NCBI GenBank assembly: GCA_964016885.1
Contig: OZ024740.1
Location: 197,656,001 to 197,720,000 of the forward strand
Source of the DNA: Eledone cirrhosa
Lineage: Eukaryota
Direction of reading: 5' to 3'
Length of the DNA stretch: 64,000 bases
In this document: piece after piece, positions 13,799-27,260 of the stretch
How positions within the stretch are numbered: the first letter of the stretch is position 1
Layout of the letters: each line of letters opens with the position of its first letter
The notes under the pieces: generated by a model
What the model saw: only the letters and a program-made list of their open reading frames with translations
What the model was told of the DNA's origin: nothing
Databases searched by the model: none
Translations under genes and position numbers: made by a program

Positions 13799-14103
13799 TA
13801 ACCCTCTCTCTTACACGCTTCATTCCTCTCACTACCCTCAATCTCCTCCGCAACTCTCTTTAAAAGGTTACTGCATCCGTCTCTGAAGGAACGCGACACA
13901 AACTTTGATAACCCTCTCTCTTACACGCTTCATTCCTCTCACTACCCTCAATCTCCTCCGCAACTCTCTTTAAAAGGTTACTGCCTCCGTCTCTGAAAGA
14001 ACGCGGCACAAACTTTGATAACCCTCTCTCTTACACGCTTCATTCCTCTCACTACCCTCAATCTCCTCCGCAACTCTCTTTAAAAGGTTACTGCCTCCGT
14101 CTC
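13799..14103 (+). repeat. ~110 bp minisatellite, about 2.8 copies, in the Helitron 2 5' region
   Basis: TAACCCTCTCTCTTACACGCTTCATTCC..GGTTACTGC recurs at ~13799, ~13909 and ~14019; one copy at ~9870 in Helitron 1. Confidence 0.9.
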
Positions 14104-14833
14104 CATTACAGTTTAGAACAACGACAAATATTCACCCTCTTCGTTCCTCATACATCAAATATCAACATTTAAAAGGCCGATAACACTAAATACATACTGC
14201 TCTCTCAACGTTACATTTTACATCAAATAACAAATATTCAAAAGCAACAGATGAATTTATAAAACAACAAACGTAACAATAACGACGCTTAAGCGTTCAT
14301 TTACTTGAATCTCAACAAAGACATTATATTTTATTTGACTTTGCCTTTCATCCTTACGGGGTCGATAAAATAAAGTACCAGTAATGCACTGGATAATTGC
14401 TGGCCTTGTGCCAAAAGAAGAAACAATTATATTTTATTGTTGTCCTTTTTGTAATTTTTCTTTCTTTGTTGTTCTCAATATGAGACAAAAAATTAATGAG
14501 AAAACTTTTTTAACGAACGTCCGATTTCGATGATTTATTTTCCAGTGTGCTCCAAAATAACGCCCCTGTTTACGCTCTTTTGTGCTATAACTCAGACAGG
14601 CTTGGCTTACAGGTTTGACCTATTATTTGACGTGCATTCTTCATAGATCTTAGTACTTACTTTCCACTTACTCACCGTTCAATTGAAAGTTTTAGCTACT
14701 TCCCCTTTCATGCTCCATTACCTGCATAAATATTTACGTGTTCGGTCCTGCTACAATATAGTACTCACTTTAAACTAATTCAAAGTTCATTTGAAAATTT
14801 TCGCTACCAAACACATTCTTTGAATCTACGGTC

Positions 14834-17800
14834 ATGTCACCCCAAAAAAGACCACGACTTAGTCGCCAAACTAAAGCTGCTTCTGCTGCCAAACGAAGAA
14901 GAGTTACAGAGTTGTCCGTAGAAAAATTGACTCGGTTGTCACAAAATGCAACTCGAAATGCAATTACCCGGGCAACCGAGACAGAAAAAAAGAGGAGCAC
15001 CTGCCTTTCCGGAAATGCATTTGTAACTGCAGTTGCACGTGCAGCGCAAACTGATGAACAACATTCTCGACGACGAAGCAAAAATGCGGCCTCTACCGCT
15101 GCGGCACGTGACGGTGAGGACGAAGAACACCGTTACAGTCGACGACGAACAGATACCGCCTCAACTGCTGCGTCACGTGCTGCCGAGGACGAAGGGCAGC
15201 GGTCCAGACGTCAACGTACGGACACCGCTTCAACAGCTTCCGTTCGCGCATCAGAGACTGCGCAAATTCAATTACAAAGGCTAAACGCCAACGCACTCCG
15301 CAGGATTGCTAAACGAGGTACACAGAGGATCAGTTGCACTCAGTGGTCTCATAAGGCTTTCCACTATGACCCAACAGTAAATTATGCACTGATGCCAGAA
15401 GTTCAGATTGGATCCATGTCTGTCATTTGCCAATATTGTCGGGCAAAAAAATGGCCTGGGGAGACTTCAGGGAAGTGCTGCCCTGACGGCAAAGTGAAAC
15501 TGCCTCCTCTACAGGAACCACCACAACCTTTGAAGTCTCTACTGACCGGTGCCACAGCGGAGTCAGAACACTTGCTTCGATGTTCCAGGAGATACAACGC
15601 TGCCTTCCAAATGACCACTTTCGGAGCTAACATCATACGCGAGGACGGCTTCATGCCTACCTTTAAAGTTCAAGGACAAATTTACCACAGAATCGGTTCG
15701 CTACTGTACACGACAGACGGACAGCCCCAGTTCCTACAGCTATACTTTGTCACCGACTATTTGGACCAAGCGGAACGACGCGCTTCAGTTTCGCCTGGCA
15801 CAGACATGAAAATTCTGTTGCAACTCGAGAGAATGCTGCACGAAAACAACTACAATCGCAGTTTTAAATGCGCATTGGAGGCTGCTTCGTTGCCAAATTT
15901 TGCTGTTATAATCGACGCTGACAGGAAACTACCAGGCACCCACGCCAGACGTTTTAACACTCCCACGTGCATTGAAATAGCTGTGCTTCTTCATGGAGAA
16001 TAGTATAACAAACGGGACATCATACTTCAGTGTAGGGACAATAGTCTGCAACGGATCAGCGAGACGCATAGGTCCTACGACGCATTCCAATATCCCCTAA
16101 TTTTCCCATTCGTTGACGACGGATACCACTTTGGAATTCCTTTGTGCAACAGCAACAAAACTGTTTCCTCTATGCAATTCTACACCTACCGATTCATAGT
16201 CCGCGAATGCTGCTTTAACCAACTCCACCGTGCAAGAGTACTCTTCAGCCAGCTTGCTGTAGACGCGTGCGCAAAGATGGAATCTGAAAGGCTGTGCTAC
16301 ATAAGGAACAATCAAGCACGCCTTCGTTCGGACAGCTACATTCACTTACGGGATGGAGTAAGGAATGACGTCGATCCCGAGAACCTAGGAAAACATTGTA
16401 TCCTTCCGTCGACCTTAATTGGGAGTCTCCGATACATGAGTGAACGCACACAGGATGCTATGACGTACGTGCGTCTCTACGGCAGACCGGATCTCTTCAT
16501 CACTTCAACATGAAACCCTAAGTGGAATGAAATTACCGCGGAATTATTCCCCGGACAAAGGGCGTCAGACAGACACGATCTTACGGCACGAGTCTTTCAC
16601 TTGAAGTTGACAAAACTTATTGAACTCCTAAAATCAGGTAAGGCCTTTTGACCTGTTAGGTGCTACGTATACACCGTTGAGTGGCAAAAGAGAGGCCTGC
16701 CACACGCTCACCTACTCATTTGGCTGATAACGAAAATCAACGCAAGCAGCATTGACAGCATCATTTTAGCAGAAATACCCGATCCAAAATTGGACAGAGA
16801 ACTCCACAACATCGTCACTGCTCACATGGTTCATGGGCCATGCGGAAACGGTTTCAACATGAATTCTCCATGCATTAAAGAAAGAAGGTGCACCAAGAGG
16901 TATTCTAGGCCATTCCTCCGAGAAACTCGGACAAGTGGCGACGGTTATCCATTATACCGCCGTAGGGAGCCAGCGGACGGAGGAATTGTTGCGAAAACTC
17001 CACATCACAACGTCGACAACCGGTGGATTGTACCCTACTGCGCACTTCTGCTTAAATTGTTTAACGCCCACATTAACGTTGAATACTGCCACTCCGTCAA
17101 ATCGATAAAGTACGTCTGCAAGTATATCAATAAGGGGTCCAATGCTGCGTCCTTTGGTCTTACAATGGAGAACAACCGAAACGAAGTAACTCGATACCAG
17201 GTCGGCCGATACATCAGCAGCAATGAAGTGTTCTGGCGATTCTTCCACTTTGCAATACACCATAACTACCCCCCCCCCCCCCAATCAAACAGTTGGCGGT
17301 ACACCTTGAAAACGGTCAAAGAGTCTACTTCATCGCCTCCACCGCTGCTGAGATAGCAAAGGAACCCAAGGACACCACACTTACGGCATTTTTTAAGTTG
17401 TGCCGAAACGATCCCTTCGCCAAGACCATCTTCTACTCTCAGGTGCCATCATACTACACATGGAACACAGACAACAGAATTTGGTTAAGAATGGTGAAAG
17501 GACAACTCGTCGAGGGACATCCAGACATTAAAATGTCCCCTACCCTTGGAAGAGTGTACACCATTCATCCTAACCAACAGGAATGCTTTTATCTCCGCCT
17601 TCTACTGCATGACGTGGTAGGACCGACATCTTTCGACGATATGAAAACAATCAACGGAGAGCTTTGTACTTCATTCCGCGCAGCCTGCCTTAGACCAGGT
17701 CTACTGGAAGATGGCGCTCAGTGGGATGCGACATTGGAGGAGGCAGCTACAATACGCTCAGCGCGAACTCTTCGGCAACTCTTTGCGGTGCTACTGCAGA

Positions 17801-19462
17801 CATGCGAGTTAAGCGACCCTGCATCCTTATGGGACAAATACAAAGAGGAACTTTCCGACGACTACATACACCAAGGACAACTGCTACTCCCTCATTCCGA
17901 CGTACGACTCAGCGACGAATTCTTCAACAACGCTCTCATTGACATCGAGGACAAAATCCTAACTGCCGGCGGAAATGACCTTCCATTCTATGGACTGCCA
18001 AAAGTTCAGCGAACGGGCTCCGACAAACTTCCGACGGGCATAATTAAGGAAACTGCCTACAACGTCCACGCCCTCGAACTGTTCATCAACGAAAACGAGC
18101 CGAAATTGTTGCAGGACCAACGGCAGGTGTATGACACAGTTTGCACTTCCATTCGTCAACGAAGAGGAGGTATCTTCTTTTTGGACGCCCCAGGAGGAAC
18201 TGGTAAAACATTCGTCAATAAACTCCTCCTCACCAAAGTGCGACAGCAGAAAGGAATCGCCCTGGCTGTGGCTTCTTCTGGCATTGCCGCAACCCGGAGG
18301 TAAGACAGCTCATTCCGCATTTAAACTGCCATTCAACACGACTTCAGATGACACAATAACCTGCAACATCACCAAGGACTCTGACAAAGCTGAAGTCTTG
18401 AAAAGATGCCACCTAATTGTGTGGGACGAATGCACAATGGCCCATAAAGGGTCCCTTGAGGCATTAGACAGGAGCCTACGAGACATCAGGGAATGCAACC
18501 GGCTGATGGGAGGAGTACCTCTACTGCTGTCTGGCGATTTTCGACAAACTCTTCCAGTTGTTCCAAAAGCCACCAGGGCCGACACTGTGGGGGCTTGCAT
18601 TAAGTCATCTCCTCTGTCGCAGGAAGTGACAATCCTGACCCTCACAACAAACATGAGAGCTCAACTGCTCGGCGACCACTCAGCAGCCGACTTCTCACAG
18701 GACTTCTTAACAGTTGGTGACGGCATTGCACCTTCAGATGCAGCTGGAGAAATGGCAGTCTCGAAAGTAGGCACCGTTGTCGACACTGTTGACGACCTCA
18801 CAGCCTCGGTCTTTCCCGATATGGCCATCAACTACAAAAACACGAGTTGGCTATGCGATAGAGCCATATTGGCTCCCCAAAATGTCTCAGTTGCAAAAAT
18901 CAATGAGGACCTTCTGCAACGCATTCCGGGAAACCTCCGTACCTACAAATCTGTGGACAAAGTGGTGGAGAAAGATGAGGTTGACGATTTTCCAACAGAA
19001 TTTCTCAATTCTTTAGACCTCTCTGGACTGCCACCTCATGAACTGCGCGTCAAAGTTGGGACACCAGTCATGCTGTTGAGGAACCTGGAACCACCACGTC
19101 TCTGCAACGGAAAACGGTTAGTGGTAAGAAACCTCCTGCCGCATGTAATTGAAGCCACAATTCTCACGGGCTGCGGCGCTGGAGAAAACGTCTTCATACC
19201 CAGAATACCATTAACTCCATCAGGTACGGAATGCCCCTGTACTCTGCGCCGACTTCAATTCCCCGTTAAACTTTGCTTCGCGATGTCAATCAACAAGTCC
19301 CAAGGCCAAACGCTATCAACGGCAGGCCTGCATTTAGCCCAGCCGTGCTTCTCACACGGCCAATTATACGTCGCATGCTCAAGAGTGGGATGCAAGCAGA
19401 ACTTATTCATACTTGCGCCCAAAGGCAGAACAAAAAATGTGGTCTACAGAGAGGTGTTGTGA
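14834..19462 (+). pseudogene. Helitron RepHel (STPR-like repeats, Zn finger, HUH Rep, PIF1 helicase) with several stops and frameshifts
   Basis: CQYCRAKKWPGE..CCPDGKV; GRPDLFIT; VEWQKRGLPHAHLLIW; SIKYVCKYINKG; DAPGGTGKTF; VWDECTM; FAMSINKSQGQT; FSHGQLYVACSRV. Lesions near 16001, 16100, 16511, 16650, 17275 and 18300. Confidence 0.93.
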
Positions 19463-19615
19463 CTCCTCTATTCAGCACCACTGCGGTCTTGCCGGTCTGA
19501 TATATAGTGAGTAGATGCTATTGTTGTATATTTTCAAACTTACCCGTATTTACTTTCAATGCCTCAATATTCATAATTGAGTGGAATCATTAAAAGTACT
19601 TTAAAGCAATTATAT

Positions 19616-20699
19616 ATGAAAACGGAGAAAGAGACGATTATTAGGAAGAAAAATATATTTTTTTCCTTCTTTATTTCTCTCTCTCTTTTTTCTGGGTTAG
19701 AAAATGATTAACATTTCACAGTTAAACACAACTTTACATGTACATCTGAAAACCTAATCTATGTTTTGAACTGCTCAGGTTGTCAAGAGCACTATATGCG
19801 ACAGACAAAAAACAGCCTCCGTCAACGTATGACCGTCCATAAATCACAAATTAAAATACAGGAATACAGAAAGATTGCATTTAGTGAACATATCCCCAAT
19901 TGTACACACAACTAACATCCAAACTTAAAAATTTTTCCCATTTAAAAATTCATAGACAACGCTACTTTCATCCATCGTACCAATAAGGAAACATATTTCA
20001 GTAACAAATTCCAACCTCTACTTAATGCACTAAACTTCGGACCAAACTAAAACTGCAACAAATAATCAAACATTTACAAGAGTTTCCTCCCCCACACCCT
20101 GCCTAATCCTTTTTCTTAAATAAATTAAATATCATCCAGCATGAATTGCCTCCCCCTGCATATTAACTCTCTAAAAAGGGAAAACATATCACACCTCAGT
20201 CGACCATTTGCCTCCATCATGGAATTATAGATCAACTAAGCATCCTTGCTATATTAACACATTTTGACCTGCTTAACTTCAAGAACTATGCCTGTAAATA
20301 ACATTATTCTTTCTTTCACATTGACTTTTTATGCTCTACATGACGCCCATTTTTTTCTTTTTTCTTTTTTCTTTTCACTTCATAAACCTTGTTTGTAAAT
20401 AACATTATTCTTTCTGCACCATTTCTTTAACATGTGCGACACCACCATTCTACACTAATACATATCACTATCATTTGATAATGCATAAAAATGGTGAAAC
20501 CGGTAATAGACAATTATTAAATATATAAATAGATAAATAAATGCCATTGTTAAATAATAAATAAATCAAGTAATACCTTAACACTTCACACAAAGTAAAA
20601 CATTTCGTTTTAATCATTTTCTAACCCAGAAAAAAGAGAGAGAGAAATAAAAAAGGAAAAAAAAAATTTTCTTCCTAATAATCGTCTCTTTCTCCTTGT

Positions 20700-20705
<6 letters not shown>
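19616..20705 (+). mobile_element. Neptune-type Penelope-like element, truncated copy 1 with 5' inverted pLTR
   Basis: GIY-YIG remnant FTCTSENLIYVLNCSGCQEHY; 19616-19710 is the reverse complement of ~20610-20705. Confidence 0.82.
20468..20509 (+). ncRNA. minimal hammerhead ribozyme, U3-A8 variant (family B)
   Basis: TTGATAA TGCATAAAAATGGT GAAAC CG GTA ATAG; palindromic stem III ACCGGT. Copies at 22330-22371 (+) and 21010-21047 (-). Confidence 0.6.
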
Positions 20706-20780
<75 letters not shown>

Positions 20781-20819
20781 GTGGAGAGAAAGCAGACGAG
20801 TTAGGATATATATTTATAT

Positions 20820-22561
20820 ATGAAAACAGGGAGAAACAGACGATTATTAGGAAGAAAAACATTTTTTTTTCTTTTTTATTTCTCTCTCTCTTTTTTCTGG
20901 GTTAGAAAATGATTAACGAAATGTTTTTGTGTGAAGTGTTAAGGTATTAGTTGATTTATTTATTATTTAACAATGGCATTTATCTATCTATTTATATATT
21001 TAATAATTGTCTATTACTGGTTTCAGCATTTTTATGCATTATCAAATACTACAAACCGACAGACTCCAAACAATACCTTCCATTCAACTCGTGCCACCCT
21101 AGACACACCAAAATGGCAATTCCTTATAACCTAGCCAGAAGGATCTGCACAATAGTTTCAGATAAATACACATGCTACACACGACTAGAATAATTAAAAA
21201 ACACACTTATCAGCAGAAACTACCCACCATCCCTAATCAACAATGGATTCTAACGTGCCCTAAAATTAGACATCCAGGAACTCAAACACCCCAAACCCAG
21301 CAATGAACCGCAACACAAAACTCTACCATACATCTCCACACACAACCCCCCTCAACAACGAGGCATTCGACACCATCCTCCAGAACATTCCTTTACTAGA
21401 CAGAGACCCAAGAATGAACAAAATCCTCCAAACACACAACATCATAAAGAGCAAAAGACAACATAAATCCATAAAAAACATCCTTACACAAGCCAAAATC
21501 CAACAAACCCTCACAATGAACCCTACAGTAACAATATGCGGAAGGCCCAACTGTGGCATATGCATACATCTAATAGAAGGTTCAACATTCCATTTTAAAC
21601 AAGGACAGCGTTTCACAGTTAAACACAACTTTACATGTGCATCTGAAAACCTAATCTATGTTTTGACCTGCTCAGGTTGTCAAGAGCACTACATAGGACA
21701 GACAAAAAACAGCCCCCGTTAACGTATGACCGTCCATAAATCACAAATTAAAATACAGGAATACAGAAAAATTGCTCACAACCAACATCCAAACTTTAAA
21801 ATTTTCCACATTTAAAAATTCATAGACAACGCTTCTTTCATCCAACGTACCAATAAGGAAACATATTTCATTAACAAATTCTAACCTCTACTTAATGCAC
21901 TAAACTTCGGACCAAACTAAAACTGCAACAAATAATCAAACATTTACAAGAGTTTCCTACCCCACACCCTGCCTAATCCTTTTTCTTAAATAAATTAAAT
22001 ATCATCCAGCATGAATTGCCTCCCCCTGCATATTAACTCTCTAAAAAGGGAAAACATATCACACCTCAGTCCACCATTTGCCTCCATCATGGAATTATAG
22101 ATCAACTAAGCACCCTTGCTATATAAACACATTTTGATCTGCTTAACTTCAAGAACTATGCCTGTAAATAACATTATTCTTTCTTTCACATTGAATTTTT
22201 ATGCTCTACATAACGCCCATTTTTTTCTTTTTTCTTTTTTCTCTTCACTTCATAAACCTTGTTTGTAAATAACATTATTCTTTTTGCACCTTCTCTTTAA
22301 CATGTGCGACACCACACTAATACATTTCACTATCATTTGATAATGCATAAACATGGTGAAACCGGTAATAGACAATTATTAAATATATAAATAGATAAAT
22401 AAATGCCATTGTTAAATAATAAATAAATCAACTAATACCTTAACATTTCACACAAAGTAAAACATTTCGTTTTAATCATTTTCTAACCCGGAAAAAAGAG
22501 AGAGAAATAAAAAAGGAAAAAAATATATTTTTCTTCCTAATAATCGTCTCTTTCTCCCTGT

Positions 22562-22567
<6 letters not shown>
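20820..22567 (+). mobile_element. Neptune-type Penelope-like element, copy 2 (RT thumb plus GIY-YIG) with 5' inverted pLTR
   Basis: YKPTDSKQYLPFNSCHPRHTKMAIPYNLARRI; CGRPNCGICIH; NLIYVLTCSGCQEHYIGQT. 20820-21047 is an inverted copy of the 3' pLTR. Flanked by (TA)n. Confidence 0.88.
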
Positions 22568-22648
<81 letters not shown>

Positions 22649-23139
22649 ATAAGAACAGATTAAAGTTTAAGCAAAGAATCGCTGCTTTCAACATTAACGG
22701 GATCTTCTGAAACAAACAAATTTAATCTGTGAACGTAGAAGTAAATATTTCGAGAAACCTTGCAACCGAAGGAAAACAGGAAGACGATATTTTGGTTCGT
22801 GAAGACGTTCCCTGGTAATGAACGAAAAAAAAGCGAGGATAATACGTCGTTATGTGGACCGAGAAGAACGAATTCATGCAAAGACAAGACCAAGTTTATG
22901 GTATGAATGGAGTCGTTAGACTAATATTCTATTTAAAATAACAGAATGATTTCCAGCCCCGGATTTTAAGAATGATGTAAATAAAATTGAAAACGAAAAT
23001 GACAGAGGTTATTAAAATAGTAAAAATAAATAGTGAAGATTTAGGCTAGGACATACGTATGCCCCGACGGACATACACATACATACGCACACACACACAC
23101 ACACGCACGCACATCCGCACGCACGCACGCGCGCGCGCG

Positions 23140-23576
23140 TATGTATACACCTTATGCATTTCTACAGTATTTTCACCAAATTAAGACATAGGTTACTTAT
23201 ATACTCCGGATGGTCATGGGCACTTTCATTTTTCCATATATTGATTATAGGGCCTCTCGGCAGATAAGTCCCTTTAACCACTTCCTTGGAGTCGACTGAA
23301 GCACTGCAGTGCAATGCAACAAAACGTTATAACTTCTGGAGTTCGCAACTGATTTTCACAAAACTTGACACATGGGCTACCTTTGTCCCACAGATGAATG
23401 TGAACTCTCAGAATTGGCACATATTGAGTAGGAGACCCCTGGGGGCAGGAACCCCCTTTTGGAAAAAGCCGATGATTTTGTAAAAGTATAGTTTTCGAAG
23501 CAGCCCTGAAGTATTGACATAAATAGTATACACAACTGCTATTTAATACCCGAGCAACGCCGGGTACCTCTGCTAG
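23140..23576 (+). mobile_element. non-autonomous Helitron or orphan Helitron 3' end
   Basis: ACCCGAGCAACGCCGGGTACCTCTG CTAG|T, the same 3' hairpin type as Helitron 1; 5' boundary uncertain. Confidence 0.7.
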
Positions 23577-23645
23577 TTAATAATAAAGGAGTGAAGAATA
23601 ACACGTATAGGTGAATAATGTATAGTTGATCCGTGTTATTCTTCA

Positions 23646-23703
<58 letters not shown>

Positions 23704-24500
23704 TATCCCGGGTTCAATTGGGGGTAACCACAGTCAGTAAGGTACTCAATACATACTTCAATACATGATTTCTCCCGAATGAAATATATATATATATATA
23801 TAAAAATGTAAATTTAAGTTCAGTAGAATCGAAGCTCTGGCCATGCTAACGAATGCAATCCGGAATGTGCAGCTAAGCCCCCAATAAGGTTGTTTCACCT
23901 TAGAGTAATAACATACGTTTAGACAGCTTCACAAATTGAAGACTGCGACCGGTGAGCCAGACGCAAGGACCAAAGCAACGAGAAAACAACTCAGGATAAT
24001 TTGACAAACCTGGAGCATCCTGTCGATATTATGCAATATCTCCGGTAGGTTTCTGTGAATTCGAAATCAACATATCCACTTGCGGGGTATGCAAGTTTTT
24101 GGCTTTGGATGATCGAACAGAGGTTTCACTTTATCAACAGGCTTCCGTTCAGTGCTGCGGTCGTGTGTGAATTATAGCAGTAAGACTGCTGGCGGTCATG
24201 TGGTTTTCCCAAAGGGAGGTAACCACCAGTTTTGGCGGTCGAAATTCAAATTTTGAACAAAGGAATAAATTCCTTTCCACAAGGTTATTATGTAACTTCT
24301 GGTTACTGGCGGTGACGCTGGTCGAAGCACTCGATGCTGTTACGGGTTCAGTCTCTCGTTGGGCTGTGCGCCAGGTTCAATGCGGCTGTAATTTGCAGAG
24401 TGTATATTGAGAGTGACAATAGGAAGTTGAATTTGCAAATCTGACTTTCTATTGTCACTCTATCTCTCTATCTCTCACTCACACACTCTTCCCCTTTCTC

Positions 24501-24590
<90 letters not shown>

Positions 24591-24849
24591 TTCAATTGGA
24601 GAAAGTTGGTTGATTAAAAATCTGCCGACTTATTCTTTAACCGACTTATTCTTTTATTCTTTTGTTCATCCGGAGTTTTATTTTGTGAGTTTTTTTTACA
24701 GTGAGTTTTTTTTTTACAGTGAGTTTTTTTTTACAAAATGAAAAATAACCGAGGTGTCCTACACGAGTGAAAGTATAAAGAAAAAAAGATGAAATCGAAA
24801 ATGCAACTGGAGTCTTATTTAAAAAAATATATATATATTTATTTGGTTC

Positions 24850-24885
24850 CTTTACCGGTTTCGCAGTTCTTCTGTTTTTCAAAAG
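24850..24885 (-). ncRNA. minimal hammerhead, U3-A8 variant (family C)
   Basis: Minus strand: CTT TTGAAAA ACAG AAGAA CTGC GAAAC CG GTA AAG, followed by AATAAA; paralog at 42618-42653. Confidence 0.6.
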
Positions 24886-24913
24886 TAGAGTTGAGATGGA
24901 GGGTCTGTGGTAA

Positions 24914-25021
<108 letters not shown>

Positions 25022-25509
25022 TAGTAACACAACAGTTAGTTCACCATACCGAGAACTAACTGTTGCGTTACCACTTCTACCAAACTCGTCCCATGGACTG
25101 AGTGCTCTACCACTACGGATATTACCTTCCAGTGTTCTACCTATATATATATATATATAATTTTGCAGCCCCCACTACCCTCTCCCCCTCAGCCCACCCA
25201 CACATTATCACATTATCATACCCATGTCTTCCCTCACCCTCACCTTCGACATATACCCCCTACCTATTTTATTTTCATTTTTGTTTTTATTTTTAATTTT
25301 CTCTTTATATTGTTCTTTACTTTGTAATTTCCCCCCTTAAAACCCTCCTTACTCCCTCTCGGAGTTCCTGTTCTCCCCCTATCCGAACTTTCCCGATGAA
25401 GGACTTACGTCCAAAACGTTGAAACCTCCTCCACTTCCACCAGGCATGAACCTAATATAACCGTGTACAATTGCCTCCTGTGATTTATTCGTTCATTTTC
25501 AACTCTCTA

Positions 25510-25750
25510 TATATACACTTTGATTACCTGTACAGGCAATATTTATTAGAATGGTGTATATATTATTTTAGGACACCCTGTATATGTATATAGATAACTG
25601 ATGCCTGAATCATATTTTAGATGGACATATAGTTATATGGATTTATGTAACTTGGCTGTTTCTAAAATAGAGGGTGTCCCACAAAAATGTATATGTACTT
25701 CAACAGCATTCTCATCAATGTGTGTATACATTTCTTGGGGGCACCATGTA
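25510..25750. mobile_element. two decayed copies of a ~100 bp Tc1/mariner-type MITE
   Basis: ..TAGGACACCCTGTA at ~25570 and AGGGTGTCCCACAAAAATGT..TTGGGGCACC at ~25670-25746; same family as 52758-52858. Confidence 0.55.
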
Positions 25751-25883
25751 TACTTTCATGACATGAAAAATGAGAAGCTGGATGAGGAGTGGATAGGTGG
25801 TGGCCGAGCAGCAACTCTCCATGTTCAGAGTCATTTGAGAAAAAAGAAAAGTGCACCAACCGATATTTGAACTTTACCGATTT

Positions 25884-25945
<62 letters not shown>

Positions 25946-25946
25946 T

Positions 25947-25977
<31 letters not shown>

Positions 25978-26142
25978 CACACACGAGGAAGATCGATCAG
26001 TGAATTATTGAATTGAATAATTAGTAATTAAGGAATTAATAGTGTTTCTCTAATGTTAATTAATATCGCTGCCGAAGGAAGTTTCTTTTGATAAACGGAG
26101 AGCTGGAGGATGTGTCATGTAGAAACAGAATTATATGGGTTT

Positions 26143-26704
26143 CAGTAGTAGTAGTAGTGGTGGTGGTGGTAGTAGTAGTAGTGGTTGTAGTAGTAGTGTA
26201 GTAGTGTAGTAGTGGTAGTAGTAGTGGTAGTAGTAGTGGTACTCGTAATGGTTGGATTAGTAGTAGCGGTAGTAGTAGTGGTTATAGTAGTAGTATTAGT
26301 ATTAGTAGTAGTTGTGGTTGTGATAGTAGTGGTTGTGGTAGTGGAGGTAGTAGTGGAGGTAGTGGTTGTGCTAGTGGTAGTAGTAGTGGTAGTGGTTGTG
26401 GTGGTAGTAGAGGTGGTAGTAGTTGTGCTAGTTGTAGTGGTTGTAGTAGTGGTGGTTGTGGTAGTAGTAGTGGTGTTGGTAGAAGTAGTAGTACTAGTGG
26501 CAGTAGTAGTAGTAGTGGTAGTAGTGGTAGTAGTGGTAGTAGTAGTGGTTTTGGTAGTAGTAGTAGCAGTATTAGTAGTAGTTGTGGTAGTAGTAGTGGT
26601 TGTAGTAGTAGTGGTAGTAGTGGTATTAGTGGTAGTGGTAGAAGTAGTAGTAGTTAGAGTAGTCGTAGTAGTAGTGGTAGTAGTCGTGATTGTGGTAGTA
26701 ATGA

Positions 26705-26739
<35 letters not shown>

Positions 26740-26740
26740 T
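26143..26740. repeat. degenerate (GTA/GTG/GTT)n trinucleotide array
   Basis: Direct reading; the source of the poly-Val and poly-Thr ORFs. Confidence 0.95.
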
Positions 26741-26975
26741 TGTGTGTTGGACTCATGAACATAATGTCACGAGTTCAATTCTTGGACTGGGTTGTGTGTT
26801 GTGTTCTTGAGTAAAACACTTCATTTCACCTTGCAGTAGCTGGCGGTTTAACCCTACAATGGGTAGTCGTCATATTCTGGGGGAGAATCTTGTACTCTCA
26901 GTCGCTTAATGCCACAGAAACTAGGATAAGCACCAGCCTGATGAGCCTCCGAGTTCGACAAAGACTTTAAACTTT
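26740..26975 (+). mobile_element. tRNA-derived SINE
   Basis: GAGTTCAATTC B box, TGTGTTCTTGAGTAAAACACTT core, tail GGATAAGCACCAGCCTGATGAGCC..GACTTTAAACTTT. Confidence 0.55.
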
Positions 26976-26994
26976 TTATTTAGACATTGTCGGA

Positions 26995-27260
26995 TCTTTG
27001 CCAGTTCCGACGACGCATGATCCAGTTGATCGAAATAAGGAACAGCCTGCTCATGAAATAAACGTACAAGTAGGAGAGCATTCCACATACACGTGTACCT
27101 TTAACGAACTTCTAAGAGAGATTCAGCGTGACTTACAGGTACAAATCGTTTGGCCAGCTAAGTGAACTGAAGTAATGTGAAATATATCGTCTTGCTTAAG
27201 GACGCAACACGCGCTCGAACTCAAAGACTTACGATCGTGAGTCGAACACAGTAGCCATCA
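26995..27260 (-). mobile_element. tRNA-derived SINE (family of 44815)
   Basis: CCAGTTGATCG..GGAACAGCCTGCTCATGAAAT..GAGAGATTCAGCGTGAC is the reverse complement of the 44815 SINE body. Confidence 0.65.

Larger units (their letters stand above)
13609..19610 (+). mobile_element. Helitron 2 (near full-length RepHel; 3' CTAG end not adjacent)
   Basis: A|TC start at 13609, 52 bp after the Helitron 1 end; runs into TA and a PLE at ~19611. Confidence 0.88.

Noticed and set aside
19616-20705. TIR DNA transposon
   Set aside because: Inverted ends differ in length between the two copies and enclose a GIY-YIG remnant, so they are PLE inverted pLTRs.
26142-26814. Poly-Thr mucin-like and poly-Val ORFs
   Set aside because: Trinucleotide repeat array with no unique coding flank or splice evidence.
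26936-26960. CTGATGA as a hammerhead core
   Set aside because: No following GAAA/NUH or stems; part of a SINE tail.
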